Below are positions 28,713-38,424 of a stretch of 64,000 nt of DNA, piece by piece. A program made the translations under genes and the position numbers. Source of the DNA: an uncultured Pseudomonadota bacterium (GTDB lineage Bacteria > Pseudomonadota > Alphaproteobacteria > Rs-D84); NCBI GenBank assembly GCA_900321105.1, contig OOHL01000002.1, positions 141,656-205,655 of the forward strand, read 5' to 3'. The number at the start of each line of letters is the position of its first letter. Position 1 is the first letter of the stretch. The notes under the pieces were generated by a model that saw nothing but the letters and a program-made list of their open reading frames with translations, did no database searches and had not been told where the DNA came from.

Positions 28713-29235
28713 GATAATATTTGGCGGTTTTGCGATTGCATACCCTTTTATCGTATTCTGGGCGCTAAAGAAAGATATAGCCATAAAGTTCATCGGCCTT
28801 GTATTGTTGATGTCGGTTATATTTTCATGGACACGTTCCAAGAATACGATTTTGTTTATTTTGGGTTTATTGCTGTGTTCATCAATAATATTTTTTAATC
28901 AGGAAATATTCTTAAAATTATATCCTGTGTTGATGAATGCTGGTGTATTCGCATTATTTGCATTGTCTTTACGAAAAACACCGCTTGTTACACAATTCGC
29001 AGAAAAAATACACAAAACATTGGACGAACAGACAATAAATTATACGTATCGTGCAACATATGCATGGGCTATTGTTATGGGAATTAACACTATTGCATCT
29101 TTAATAACCGTATTTTTATCTGATGAAATATGGGTATTATACAATGGATTGATATCATATATAATAATTGGCGCAACTATGTTGATTGAATATATTGTTC
29201 GTAAAAAGGTTTCACATGACAAATCAGATAAGTAA
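28678..29235 (+). CDS. Membrane protein (ApeG-like)
   Basis: AYPF, LKLYPVLMN, WVLYNGLISY; start uncertain. Confidence 0.75.
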   Translation: MQLKKLLTLTAKIIFGGFAIAYPFIVFWALKKDIAIKFIGLVLLMSVIFSWTRSKNTILFILGLLLCSSIIFFNQEIFLKLYPVLMNAGVFALFALSLRKTPLVTQFAEKIHKTLDEQTINYTYRATYAWAIVMGINTIASLITVFLSDEIWVLYNGLISYIIIGATMLIEYIVRKKVSHDKSDK

Positions 29236-30913
29236 GTTTTTTATCGAAAACATCGATAACAATCGTATTTTATTTCTTGATAAATCAAGAACGATTACAA
29301 TGCGCCAATATATGAACGATGTCGCAAAATACGCAAAACTTTTTTCAAAAATATCTGATGATGTACTCGTGCTGTTTATTCCTGATAATTTATATTTGTA
29401 TTATGTTTGCTTTATGGCCTTGATGCAGGCCGGCAAAGAAATTATATTACCGGCGCTGTTAACAACTGAAAATGCAAAGCCATTATTGGATATGACGCAT
29501 TATTTAATAACTGACAAATTTGATTCATTTGGCGAATTTAATATTGTTGATTTAAATTGTGAAGATAATACCGATTGGCAATTCAAAGATATGAGTGATG
29601 GTGTAATATACTTTTTTACATCGGGATCAACAGGCACGCCAAAACGCATAAAAAAACAACTGAAAATGTTATCAGCCGAAGTTGCATTTCATTGTGAAAA
29701 TCAAAAACATTTATTATCACAAAACCCAGTTATGATTTCATCGGTTGCACCGTATCATATGTATGGATTGCTATGGCGTTTTTTATATCCATTAAATGCA
29801 GGTACCGTTTCTGATTTAGATATTATTTTTACACCAGAAGAATTACAATACAAACAATCAATTTATGATTGTGTGTTATTTGCAACAACGCCTTCATTCT
29901 TAGATGGAATAACACGATATCAAAATCAATACCAATTCAAAGATAATTGCATTGGAATCTATTCATCGGGCAGCTTGCTGGATACAAAAACATCACAAAA
30001 CGCATACAATATGTTTGGTGTATCGCCATTTGAAATATTCGGCAGCACTGAAACAGGAGGTGTTGCATCGCGCCAACAAATAAATGGGCAACCATGGACA
30101 ATATTCGAACCGGTAAATGTCACATTAACCAGCGAAAGTATGTTATCGATAGAATCTGATTTTTCATGTCAAAACCCGTATTTGATGTCTGATATTGTAG
30201 AATTTGTTAATGACAATCAATTCCTTTTAAAAGGACGCGGTGACCGCATGGTAAAAATTGCCGAAGAACGTGTATCCTTGCCAGAAATGGAAGAAAAACT
30301 TTGCGCATATCCATATATCAATAAAAGTTATGTATCAACATTAATCCGCAAAGACAGAACAATTATATGTGCCGCAATCACATTAAATGATGAAGGCAAA
30401 AAACATATTATCCAAAACGGGCGACATAATTTCATCAATGAATTAAAACAATACATGTTGAAATTCTTTCCAAATGTTGTCTTGCCACGAAAAATAAGAA
30501 TTGTTGAAAATATACCTGTGAATATTCAGGGTAAATATATCAAATCTGATATCGCGGCGATGTTTGAATCCAATGTCGCAGAACCAATTATGCAAAATGT
30601 AGTAAAAACAGATTCTGAATTGATTGCCGATCTTACTTTCTTGAAAGACGGTTCTTATTTCACCGGTCATTTCCCTGGATTTCCTGTATTGCCTGGTGTT
30701 ATTCAAATACATTTTGTTTTGATGTTTATTAAACAATATTTCAATATAACACCAAACGATTATCATATTTTGAAATTAAAATTTTCCAGTCTGATTTTAC
30801 CAGACACATCTGTTCATTTCGAATTGAAAAAATCTGGAGAAAATGAATTCGTTTTCAATTTTTCAAATGGTGACACAAAATATTCAAACGGAAAAATTTC
30901 CATAAAGGAATAA
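29216..30913 (+). CDS. AMP-binding enzyme fused to a dehydratase (ApeH-ApeI-like)
   Basis: TSGSTGTPK, FGSTETGG, GRGDR; C-terminal YFTGHFPGFPVLPGV hotdog domain. Confidence 0.85.
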   Translation: MTNQISKFFIENIDNNRILFLDKSRTITMRQYMNDVAKYAKLFSKISDDVLVLFIPDNLYLYYVCFMALMQAGKEIILPALLTTENAKPLLDMTHYLITDKFDSFGEFNIVDLNCEDNTDWQFKDMSDGVIYFFTSGSTGTPKRIKKQLKMLSAEVAFHCENQKHLLSQNPVMISSVAPYHMYGLLWRFLYPLNAGTVSDLDIIFTPEELQYKQSIYDCVLFATTPSFLDGITRYQNQYQFKDNCIGIYSSGSLLDTKTSQNAYNMFGVSPFEIFGSTETGGVASRQQINGQPWTIFEPVNVTLTSESMLSIESDFSCQNPYLMSDIVEFVNDNQFLLKGRGDRMVKIAEERVSLPEMEEKLCAYPYINKSYVSTLIRKDRTIICAAITLNDEGKKHIIQNGRHNFINELKQYMLKFFPNVVLPRKIRIVENIPVNIQGKYIKSDIAAMFESNVAEPIMQNVVKTDSELIADLTFLKDGSYFTGHFPGFPVLPGVIQIHFVLMFIKQYFNITPNDYHILKLKFSSLILPDTSVHFELKKSGENEFVFNFSNGDTKYSNGKISIKE

Positions 30914-30917
30914 CATA

Positions 30918-31646
30918 ATGATAAAAAATATTATTATTGTTCCATGTTTTAATCACGCAGATGCATTTGTAAATATTGCATCTAAATTGATCGATTTTAA
31001 AACACCTGTCGTTGTTGTTGATGACGGCAGCACCCCGGCGCAATCCCGCAAAATAAAAAGCATTTGTTCAAAACACAAATTCTTTTACGTAAAAAATACC
31101 GTTAATGGTGGCAAAGGCGCCGCAATGATTTCCGGATTTAAATTCGCGATTGATAAAGGCTTTACACATGCCCTGCAAATTGATGCGGACGGACAACATG
31201 ATATTCGCGATATACCATTATTTTTCCGCGTTTCGTCCGAACATCCAAAAGATTTAATTATTGGCAATCCGATTTATGATGAATCTGCACCGCGTTCGCG
31301 CCTGATTGGTCGTAAAATTACCAGCTTTTGGGTTATGGTCGAAACATTTAACAGACATATGCCGGACACAATGTGTGGATTTCGTGTTTATCCATTGAAA
31401 GCGATTGAGCCGGTATTAAATACTATAAAATTCAAACGCATGGGATTTGATATTGAAATTATAGTAAAAGCATACCGCAATCGTATAAAAATTATTTCGG
31501 TACCAACACGTGTTATTTATCCAAAAGATGGCGTTTCACATTTTAATGCATTTCGCGATAATTTCTATATCAGCTTGCTTCATACTTATTTATGTTGTTT
31601 AATTCCATCATGGTTGATACGGGGTTTTTTTCATCATGCGAAATAA
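30918..31646 (+). CDS. GT2 glycosyltransferase (ApeJ N-terminal-like)
   Basis: VDDGS, GKGAA, QIDADGQH, DTMCGFRVYP. Confidence 0.88.
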   Translation: MIKNIIIVPCFNHADAFVNIASKLIDFKTPVVVVDDGSTPAQSRKIKSICSKHKFFYVKNTVNGGKGAAMISGFKFAIDKGFTHALQIDADGQHDIRDIPLFFRVSSEHPKDLIIGNPIYDESAPRSRLIGRKITSFWVMVETFNRHMPDTMCGFRVYPLKAIEPVLNTIKFKRMGFDIEIIVKAYRNRIKIISVPTRVIYPKDGVSHFNAFRDNFYISLLHTYLCCLIPSWLIRGFFHHAK

Positions 31647-32220
31647 AATAATATCTTTTTTGTTCATATTGATTTCAAATGTGTGCTTTGCCATGCCGAT
31701 TGATTCAATGCCAACAAAGATAAAAACTTTCACAGATAATCTGGAAACAGTATCTGCAACATTTAACCAAACCAAGATATTACCAGAATCAACAAAACGC
31801 TTTATTTCCACCGGATACGTCAAATTTGTAAAAAACACTGGATTTACATGGCATATTACAAAACCATCTAATACAGTATTTACATCAACATTATCAACAT
31901 ATTGCGTAAATGGTGAATCTGCAGAATTATCGAAACTGCCCTATTTCTATCAAATTCAGAACATGATTGATAAAATGTTAAATGGCGACATGAATGATTT
32001 CTTGTACGCATTTAATGTTGATTATGTTGAAAAATCGGACAATTGGACAATGTTCGCAACACCACGTTTGACAAACATCGCAGATTTAATCCAAGATTTG
32101 ACAATATACGGTTCGGAAACCGATTTAGATAAAATCATAATGACATACAGTGATGGCACGATTGTTATATTGGAATTCAAAAAGATGAAAACGGAATTAA
32201 GCGATGAAATTGCTTGTTAA
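31636..32220 (+). CDS. LolA-like carrier protein (ApeL-like)
   Basis: Signal peptide; FNQTK..STG..W...KP pattern; cluster context. Confidence 0.7.
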   Translation: MRNKIISFLFILISNVCFAMPIDSMPTKIKTFTDNLETVSATFNQTKILPESTKRFISTGYVKFVKNTGFTWHITKPSNTVFTSTLSTYCVNGESAELSKLPYFYQIQNMIDKMLNGDMNDFLYAFNVDYVEKSDNWTMFATPRLTNIADLIQDLTIYGSETDLDKIIMTYSDGTIVILEFKKMKTELSDEIAC

Positions 32221-34378
32221 AAGAATTTTATTTTGCGCAATAACGGCAATTGGCTTGATTGCCACATTGGTTTTCAAAACACCGTTTCATGTGCAGTCTG
32301 ATTTAATGTCCTTGATGAATACGGATAATGTTGAACAACAATGGCCTGTTAATGAAATATCTAATAAGTTTTCATCGGTTGCCAACATAATTATCGAATC
32401 TAAAAATGAAAATGCGGCAACAAATACTGCAAATCAAATTATTCGTGATATAAACAATCCTGAATTTAATACATTGCATGTTCAATCTAATAATTTTTCA
32501 ATTAAATCGTTTACAAGGGATTTAATTCCTTTTAAAAACGGTTTAATCAGCGCAAATAATAAAACATTATTACAAAATAAAAACACACGACAAATTGCAG
32601 ACAATCAAATAAAACAGATTTCTGAATCAATGATGCCGCCATTGATACCTTTGCGCGACGATCCGTTTGGTTTATTATCTGATTATATTATGAATATTGG
32701 ATCTGGCACTGCAACATGGGCATTAAATAATGGATTACTTTGGCAAAATATTGATGGTGTAAATTATTTTATGATTCCGATTGATACAGATAATTTAAAC
32801 GCGACATTATGTGCAAATCAGATCAATTCATTAAGGAAAAAATTAAACACATACAACAATGAAAATGTTACAGTGCATTTTTCCGGTGTTCCGCTGCATA
32901 CTGCAATAATGGTTCAAAAAAGTCAGATTGAAATGGGAATAATTTCATTTCTGGCATTATTTGCAGCAATTTTATTAAATTATTTATTGTTTAAAAAATT
33001 ATTCACTTTAATCCCGGTAATATCCAGTTTATCGCTTGGCTTTTTATGTGGCACAATTGCATTATTTTTATGTTTTAATGCACCACATATATTGACCTTT
33101 GTCTTTGGAACTACATTGATAGGACTGGGCATAGATTATTCGTTTCATTTTATCAGCGCATCTGCAACAAAACAGAAAAATCAGATTTATAAAAACATGC
33201 TACATTCGTTTTTAACAACAATAGTGTGCTTTTTACCGCTTTTGTTTTCCCAGGTTTCGCTTTTGCAACAAATTTCTGTATTTACCATTGTCGGTTTAAC
33301 ATCTATCTATGTTGGATTGGGATTATTTATGCCGAACAAATTAAATATCAAAATAAAACCTATGAAAATGCCACTTGTTTTGAATAAACGCATCAAAGTT
33401 ATTATCGCTTCAATTATAGGCATTGTAATTATTGCAACATTACCTTTTACTCGTATCGAAAATAATATGCAACAACTTTACAGACCAAATCAGGAAATCG
33501 CCAATGCCGATGCATTTTTCCAAAAACTTAATAAATCAAATAATTCGGATATTATGTTGATTCGCGGACAAAGCATCGATGGTATTTTAACAACAGAAGA
33601 AGAATTAAAATCAAATGGACTTCAATTCTTTTCGCTTTCAAACATAATTCCGTCGCAATCAACACAGATGGAAAATAAAGAATTAGTGAAACAACTTTAT
33701 GCGCGTGAATCGAAATATTTGCAAAAACAATTGGAATTAAAGAATGCACCAACATTTATTGACGGCGAAATCTTAACCATTGATAATATAAAATCAGAAT
33801 TTTTAAAGGATTGGGTTAACAAATTGATAATCCAAGATGCAAATTATATATATTCAATCGCACAGATTAACCCGGATGCAAAAATTGATAATCAAAATGT
33901 AAAAATCTTTTCTCCGTCAAATATATTGAATCAATATATCACACAATACAGCATTGAAACATATTATCTGTTAATCATTTGTGCAATATGTTTGGTCGGA
34001 TTGCTAAGCCTGATTTACGGGAAACGCGCGATTATTTACCTGATTCCGTCAACATTTGGTATTTTATTAGCCGTATCAATTTTGACATGGTTTAATCAGC
34101 CAATAACTTTCTTTCACATGTTGTCGTTCTTTATCGTCATAGGTCTGGGATTAGATTATACAATATTCAATATAAACGCCGACAATAATATTGAAATGCG
34201 CCCGGTATTGTTTTCTTTCCTGACCAGTTTTATTGGTTTTGGATTATTGGCATTTACATCATTCTTTTTAATTAAATCAATGGGCATAACATTGGCATTG
34301 GGATTGGGATTGTCATATTTAATATCGCTTTTGCTGTTTACAAAGGTAAAATCTGTACATCACAATCGACACAAATAA
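32204..34378 (+). CDS. MMPL/RND-type exporter (ApeM-like)
   Basis: DPFGL, FGTTLIGLGIDY, GLGLDYTIF; two TM bundles. Confidence 0.82.
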   Translation: MKLLVKRILFCAITAIGLIATLVFKTPFHVQSDLMSLMNTDNVEQQWPVNEISNKFSSVANIIIESKNENAATNTANQIIRDINNPEFNTLHVQSNNFSIKSFTRDLIPFKNGLISANNKTLLQNKNTRQIADNQIKQISESMMPPLIPLRDDPFGLLSDYIMNIGSGTATWALNNGLLWQNIDGVNYFMIPIDTDNLNATLCANQINSLRKKLNTYNNENVTVHFSGVPLHTAIMVQKSQIEMGIISFLALFAAILLNYLLFKKLFTLIPVISSLSLGFLCGTIALFLCFNAPHILTFVFGTTLIGLGIDYSFHFISASATKQKNQIYKNMLHSFLTTIVCFLPLLFSQVSLLQQISVFTIVGLTSIYVGLGLFMPNKLNIKIKPMKMPLVLNKRIKVIIASIIGIVIIATLPFTRIENNMQQLYRPNQEIANADAFFQKLNKSNNSDIMLIRGQSIDGILTTEEELKSNGLQFFSLSNIIPSQSTQMENKELVKQLYARESKYLQKQLELKNAPTFIDGEILTIDNIKSEFLKDWVNKLIIQDANYIYSIAQINPDAKIDNQNVKIFSPSNILNQYITQYSIETYYLLIICAICLVGLLSLIYGKRAIIYLIPSTFGILLAVSILTWFNQPITFFHMLSFFIVIGLGLDYTIFNINADNNIEMRPVLFSFLTSFIGFGLLAFTSFFLIKSMGITLALGLGLSYLISLLLFTKVKSVHHNRHK

Positions 34379-34859
34379 ATTCTACATTTGAATCATTTGT
34401 GCAAACACATATCATGTAATTACCTAATTTATAAAAAAGATGATTTGCGGTTTCAGATTCATCGCCATATTTTACATCTGATTCATATTGTGTAAAGTTT
34501 TTATAGAAAAATTCCGCATCATTGGTTGGTTTTATGCCTAGTAATTCAGATTCAGAAATAAAATCGCGTTTTATTGATGCATTTTCAATATCAATTCCGA
34601 CATTTTGTCCCGAAAGCGCAACAACGACCCAATTATCTTTGTGTGCAACACTGACAAATCCGTTTTGTAAATGCAATTTGCCATTTTTATCAGATATTGG
34701 ATGTTCACAGGTTTTATCAAATATAATTGCATGCGCCATCAGATATTGATTGCGACGCGTTTGATTTGAAAATTTATTATATTGTAATATTTCATCATCT
34801 GATAATTTTGTATCAGAAATCTTGCCTATTGAATCTAAATTTGCTATATAAACTTTCAT
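34338..34859 (-). CDS. 4'-phosphopantetheinyl transferase-like protein
   Basis: SVAH....VVAL...VGIDIE; degenerate WxxKE (FTQYES); start uncertain. Confidence 0.65.
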   Translation of the reverse strand: MKVYIANLDSIGKISDTKLSDDEILQYNKFSNQTRRNQYLMAHAIIFDKTCEHPISDKNGKLHLQNGFVSVAHKDNWVVVALSGQNVGIDIENASIKRDFISESELLGIKPTNDAEFFYKNFTQYESDVKYGDESETANHLFYKLGNYMICVCTNDSNVEFICVDCDVQILPL

Positions 34860-34898
34860 AGGGCTGATTATAACCCAAAAATAAAAAAAGGCAAATGT

Positions 34899-35816
34899 AT
34901 GAATAATTGGTACCAGATGCACGAACAAAGTGCCGGCAAATATCGCCTGGAAATATTATGGTGGATATATAAAATCTGCGGCATACGTATTTTGAAAATC
35001 GTTTTATATCCCATTGTCACAATTATATCATTATTTGCACGTGGTGCACGAACCTATTCATGCCAATATCGCAATATATTGAATACATATCAGCGCAAAC
35101 ATAATCTGCCCGAAACCCAATTTTCATCACTTTTACATATCTATGAATTTGCAGCGGCGGCTGTTGATAAAATGTCTGCATCATGCGATAAACATCGCAA
35201 GATTAAGTTTTCAGTATTAAACAATGCCGATTGGGCGGCATTTAATGAATATCTGAAATCAAATACAGGTGTATTTTTAATATGTTCACATTTGGGAAAT
35301 ATAGAGGCCCTTTCTGCGTTCCCAGGTGGCAAAGGCAAAAAAATGCATGCATTTATGCAGGTATCACAAACCGGGACTTTTCATCAATTTATGGTGCGAC
35401 ATAATATCGCGACAAATACAACAATTTATCCCACAGAATCCATAGGTATCGAAACCGCGGCACAAATGTATGACAATTTGCAAAACGGCGATTTGGTTAT
35501 GATGGCGGGCGACCGCACATCCCCGAACAGTCCGGACAGATTTGAAACGGTTAATTTTCTGGACCACGAATGCAATTTCCCAATTGGCACATTTAAATTT
35601 GCACGCGCGCAATCACATCCGATATTTGCAATATGTTTAATGCACATAAAACACGAACGTTATGCCATTTATGTTCATCAGATAAAATCAGCGACAATCC
35701 ATGAAATGATCGGCGAATATGCGCGTTTTCTGGAAAAATTAGTCTTAAAATATCCGAAACAATGGTTTAATTTCTTTAATTTCTTTGAAACGACAGAAAA
35801 AACAGCACAAAATTAA
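34899..35816 (+). CDS. LpxL/LpxP-type acyltransferase (ApeJ C-terminal-like)
   Basis: SHLGNIE, AGDR, PKQWFNFFNFF. Confidence 0.82.
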   Translation: MNNWYQMHEQSAGKYRLEILWWIYKICGIRILKIVLYPIVTIISLFARGARTYSCQYRNILNTYQRKHNLPETQFSSLLHIYEFAAAAVDKMSASCDKHRKIKFSVLNNADWAAFNEYLKSNTGVFLICSHLGNIEALSAFPGGKGKKMHAFMQVSQTGTFHQFMVRHNIATNTTIYPTESIGIETAAQMYDNLQNGDLVMMAGDRTSPNSPDRFETVNFLDHECNFPIGTFKFARAQSHPIFAICLMHIKHERYAIYVHQIKSATIHEMIGEYARFLEKLVLKYPKQWFNFFNFFETTEKTAQN

Positions 35817-35881
35817 AAAAAACTTGATTTTCGGTAAAATATAACATACAATGCCCGAAGTAATTAAAAAAGGCAATAAAA

Positions 35882-36061
35882 ATGGCATCTAAAAAAGGTT
35901 CTAAAGAAGTTGTAAAACTGGAAAACAAGGAAACCGGTTTTTATTACACAACAACAAAAAACACAAAATCTGAAAATACCCAGGGTAAAATGAAATTCCG
36001 TAAATACGATCCAAAATTACGTAAACACGTTGTATTTACCGAAGCAAAAATGAGCCACTAG
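35882..36061 (+). CDS. rpmG: 50S ribosomal protein L33
   Basis: Translated by hand (absent from ORF track): MASKKG..TGFYYTTTKN..KFRKYDPKLRKHVVFTEAK. Confidence 0.93.
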   Translation: MASKKGSKEVVKLENKETGFYYTTTKNTKSENTQGKMKFRKYDPKLRKHVVFTEAKMSH

Positions 36062-36204
36062 GGTTTTCATAATACAGTTTAAAAAAAAAAACACCCGCAA
36101 TTGCGGGTGTTTTTTAATCTCGGGTGCAGTCTAATTCTCCCCTGTGTGTGGGGGGGGGCGGAACGCCGGGGTGGTCTTTCCAAGTATTTGTATTCTCTTA
36201 CCAC

Positions 36205-36238
36205 CTCCCCCTGCGGGGACTCCTCCAAAGGAGGAGAA
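36205..36238. repeat. GC-rich REP-like palindromic element, copy 1
   Basis: ctccccctgcggggactcctccaaaggaggagaa; 32/34 identical to 36825-36858. Confidence 0.75.
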
Positions 36239-36247
36239 ATTTTAATT

Positions 36248-36274
36248 CCCGACACCACTTGCCGTGGTGTCGGG
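36248..36274 (-). other. Perfect 11-bp GC-rich hairpin downstream of the putative DGR variable region
   Basis: cccgacaccac-ttgcc-gtggtgtcggg, no U-tail. Confidence 0.65.
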
Positions 36275-36331
36275 CGCATTATCGTGTCACGCCGTGTCAC
36301 GCGTGTTCGTGCCACGGCCCTTGCGCACACA

Positions 36332-36802
36332 TCATTGCGCGACCGAACCGAACAGCCCGCCGCGCAAAGCGGCGTAGTCCCGGACGTAGGCACCGCAGTA
36401 AATCGTACAGTACGAAGCGCAATCCGAAGCACTCCCGTTGTCGTAGCCGAACGCCCAAAGCGAAGACACGGGATGAGTCAATCGACACCAACAATAACGA
36501 CCATATTTTTCGGAACCAACAACAAGATTTGTTTCGCCTTCATTATTTGTGTCCGTTAAACGCGCAACAGTGCCCCCACGGGATTTACCTTGGTTGCTGT
36601 TTAAACATGCACTGATACCATGAACGGTGCCCTGGGCAGACCAGGCCTTCCAGGTTCCCATAGTGTTATCGTATGTATAACTGGTGATACTGACACTGGG
36701 GTCTAAAACAACCGCAACCGTATCATCCGCTGCGCACATAGTGGTCGCGTATGATGACATTGTCATCATTATCGTTAATACACATATAAATATCTTTTTC
36801 AT
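36332..36802 (-). CDS. Secreted Cys-rich protein; putative DGR target (variable region ~36338-36481)
   Basis: Signal peptide; YCWC..W.F..CASYC..YC; 48 consecutive codons near the 3' end have no third-position A and are rich in NNC codons. Confidence 0.75.
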   Translation of the reverse strand: MKKIFICVLTIMMTMSSYATTMCAADDTVAVVLDPSVSITSYTYDNTMGTWKAWSAQGTVHGISACLNSNQGKSRGGTVARLTDTNNEGETNLVVGSEKYGRYCWCRLTHPVSSLWAFGYDNGSASDCASYCTIYCGAYVRDYAALRGGLFGSVAQ

Positions 36803-36824
36803 TTTTTCTTCCTTTTGTTTTATT

Positions 36825-36858
36825 CTCCCCCTGTGGGGACTCCTCCGAAGGAGGAGAA
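36825..36858. repeat. GC-rich REP-like palindromic element, copy 2
   Basis: ctccccctgtggggactcctccgaaggaggagaa. Confidence 0.75.
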
Positions 36859-36861
36859 CCC

Positions 36862-37377
36862 TTACCACACCGATTCAAACACTGCGTGTCTGAATCCAGA
36901 ACTGTTGGTTGCACCTGCCGGTGACAAACTTGAATTATGATTCAATGCCATTGCGTTCGCACATGCAGATGCACATGACGATGCACAACTTGATGATGTG
37001 GTATAATCATGCAAAAACACCCAATATGATGTTATGCCTGTTTCATAGTGATAATTTGTTGTGTCGTCGTCATCATATATCGGCCACATTTCACACCAAC
37101 AATATTGCCCCGCATCGCCTGCATTCGTATATAAATTCGTTTGCGGTGTCGCAAAAGTCCCTGAAATTTCATTACATGCCGCATAGCCTGTTATCGTTTT
37201 ATAATCGTATTCAACCGCCCATTGTTTTTTAGACGCAGTATTCGTCACATTTGCAACGGTGCCATTTACACCCTTTCTTACGACACCAACATACGTGTTC
37301 AATTTTGCACATATTGTGTATGCGTGTGCTGAATATATTCCCATTATCATTATCAAAAATATCATTATGCGTTTCAT
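36862..37377 (-). CDS. Secreted Cys-rich protein, paralog of 36332..36802
   Basis: Signal peptide; G.AAC, YCWC..WVF..CASSCASAC..FR.AVF.SV. Confidence 0.75.
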   Translation of the reverse strand: MKRIMIFLIMIMGIYSAHAYTICAKLNTYVGVVRKGVNGTVANVTNTASKKQWAVEYDYKTITGYAACNEISGTFATPQTNLYTNAGDAGQYCWCEMWPIYDDDDTTNYHYETGITSYWVFLHDYTTSSSCASSCASACANAMALNHNSSLSPAGATNSSGFRHAVFESVW

Positions 37378-37488
37378 TGTTGTTCCTTCCTTTGTTTTTT
37401 ATCTCGGGCGCGGTGATGTTGGGCGGAACTTATAAGGTTCTTCCACCAGGGCAATTTTTTATAAAATTACTTCTTTCTTTTTCATCCT

Positions 37489-38403
37489 TTATTTCACCGT
37501 ATGGTATGTTGTGTTGTTATACTTTATATTTATCGCATCATCTGATGCACCGCTGACCAAATTCACATAACATACATTATTACCAACCTGTATATTCAAC
37601 GATGGCGTGATTTGTTTTTCTGAATACATTGGGAATATCAAGCCAGTTGATGTCCGTAATGTGGTATGTTCACCAGGACATATCGCGGCACATGTTCCGA
37701 TATCTGTATAATTTAATCCACCTGTGCATAATATCCCACATATTGCATCATCGGTATTTTCATCACATTGCTGATTTAAAAGAAATGTTTGATATCCACT
37801 GGCGCACGAACCATTTGTCAATGTTGCCATTGTGTTAGAATTTAACAAGATGTCTTGATAATTCGTTGGACAATCACCCGCAGAATATGTAGAACACGAA
37901 CCATTATTAACCTGAAACCCGTTATCGCAAAGTGTGACTTCTGCGCCCATTACGAAGCCATTATATACAGGATACACATCTTCTGGCATTTCTTTGGCAC
38001 TGTATCCACCTATTTTACATAACCCGTTATCCAAAGCCATAAAAGAAGATGAATTTAATTCCAAATTATCATCGTCTTGCTGACATGTGCCCTGGGTATA
38101 TGCAACACACGCACCGTTGTTCGGTGCATAACCTTCGTCACAAAGCGTGACCGCCGTTCCCATAACAAAACCATTATAAACCGCAACAACATCATCTGGA
38201 ATTTCCAATAATGCATAGCCACCAATTTTACACAAACCACCTTCAACCGCCATAAATGTTGATTCTGAAAAATCGGTATATTGTGTATCTATGTGTTTTT
38301 CAACACCCAATGTTGCATACCCAGATGGACAAGATGAAGAAAATCCAGCATTTACGTAAATAAATACCGATAACATAATAAAAAACTTGTAACCCCGTAT
38401 CAT
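37489..38403 (-). CDS. Secreted Cys-rich tandem-repeat protein
   Basis: Repeats of FMA...GLCKIGGY...VYNGFVMG..VTLCD; C-terminal KQITPSLNIQVG domain; SD GGGGG before ATG 38403. Confidence 0.72.
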   Translation of the reverse strand: MIRGYKFFIMLSVFIYVNAGFSSSCPSGYATLGVEKHIDTQYTDFSESTFMAVEGGLCKIGGYALLEIPDDVVAVYNGFVMGTAVTLCDEGYAPNNGACVAYTQGTCQQDDDNLELNSSSFMALDNGLCKIGGYSAKEMPEDVYPVYNGFVMGAEVTLCDNGFQVNNGSCSTYSAGDCPTNYQDILLNSNTMATLTNGSCASGYQTFLLNQQCDENTDDAICGILCTGGLNYTDIGTCAAICPGEHTTLRTSTGLIFPMYSEKQITPSLNIQVGNNVCYVNLVSGASDDAINIKYNNTTYHTVK

Positions 38404-38424
38404 TTGTCCCCCTGGCGTGTTTGC

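Noticed and set aside
35816-35880. attR duplication of tRNA-Leu(TAG) closing the FAS cluster as an island
   Set aside because: No copy of the tRNA 3' end found at the distal boundary, and no integrase.
36079-36615. Several overlapping 65-163 aa ORFs
   Set aside because: They arise from stop-codon scarcity in the GC-rich variable-region/REP tract; they overlap the real minus-strand gene and have no recognisable motifs.
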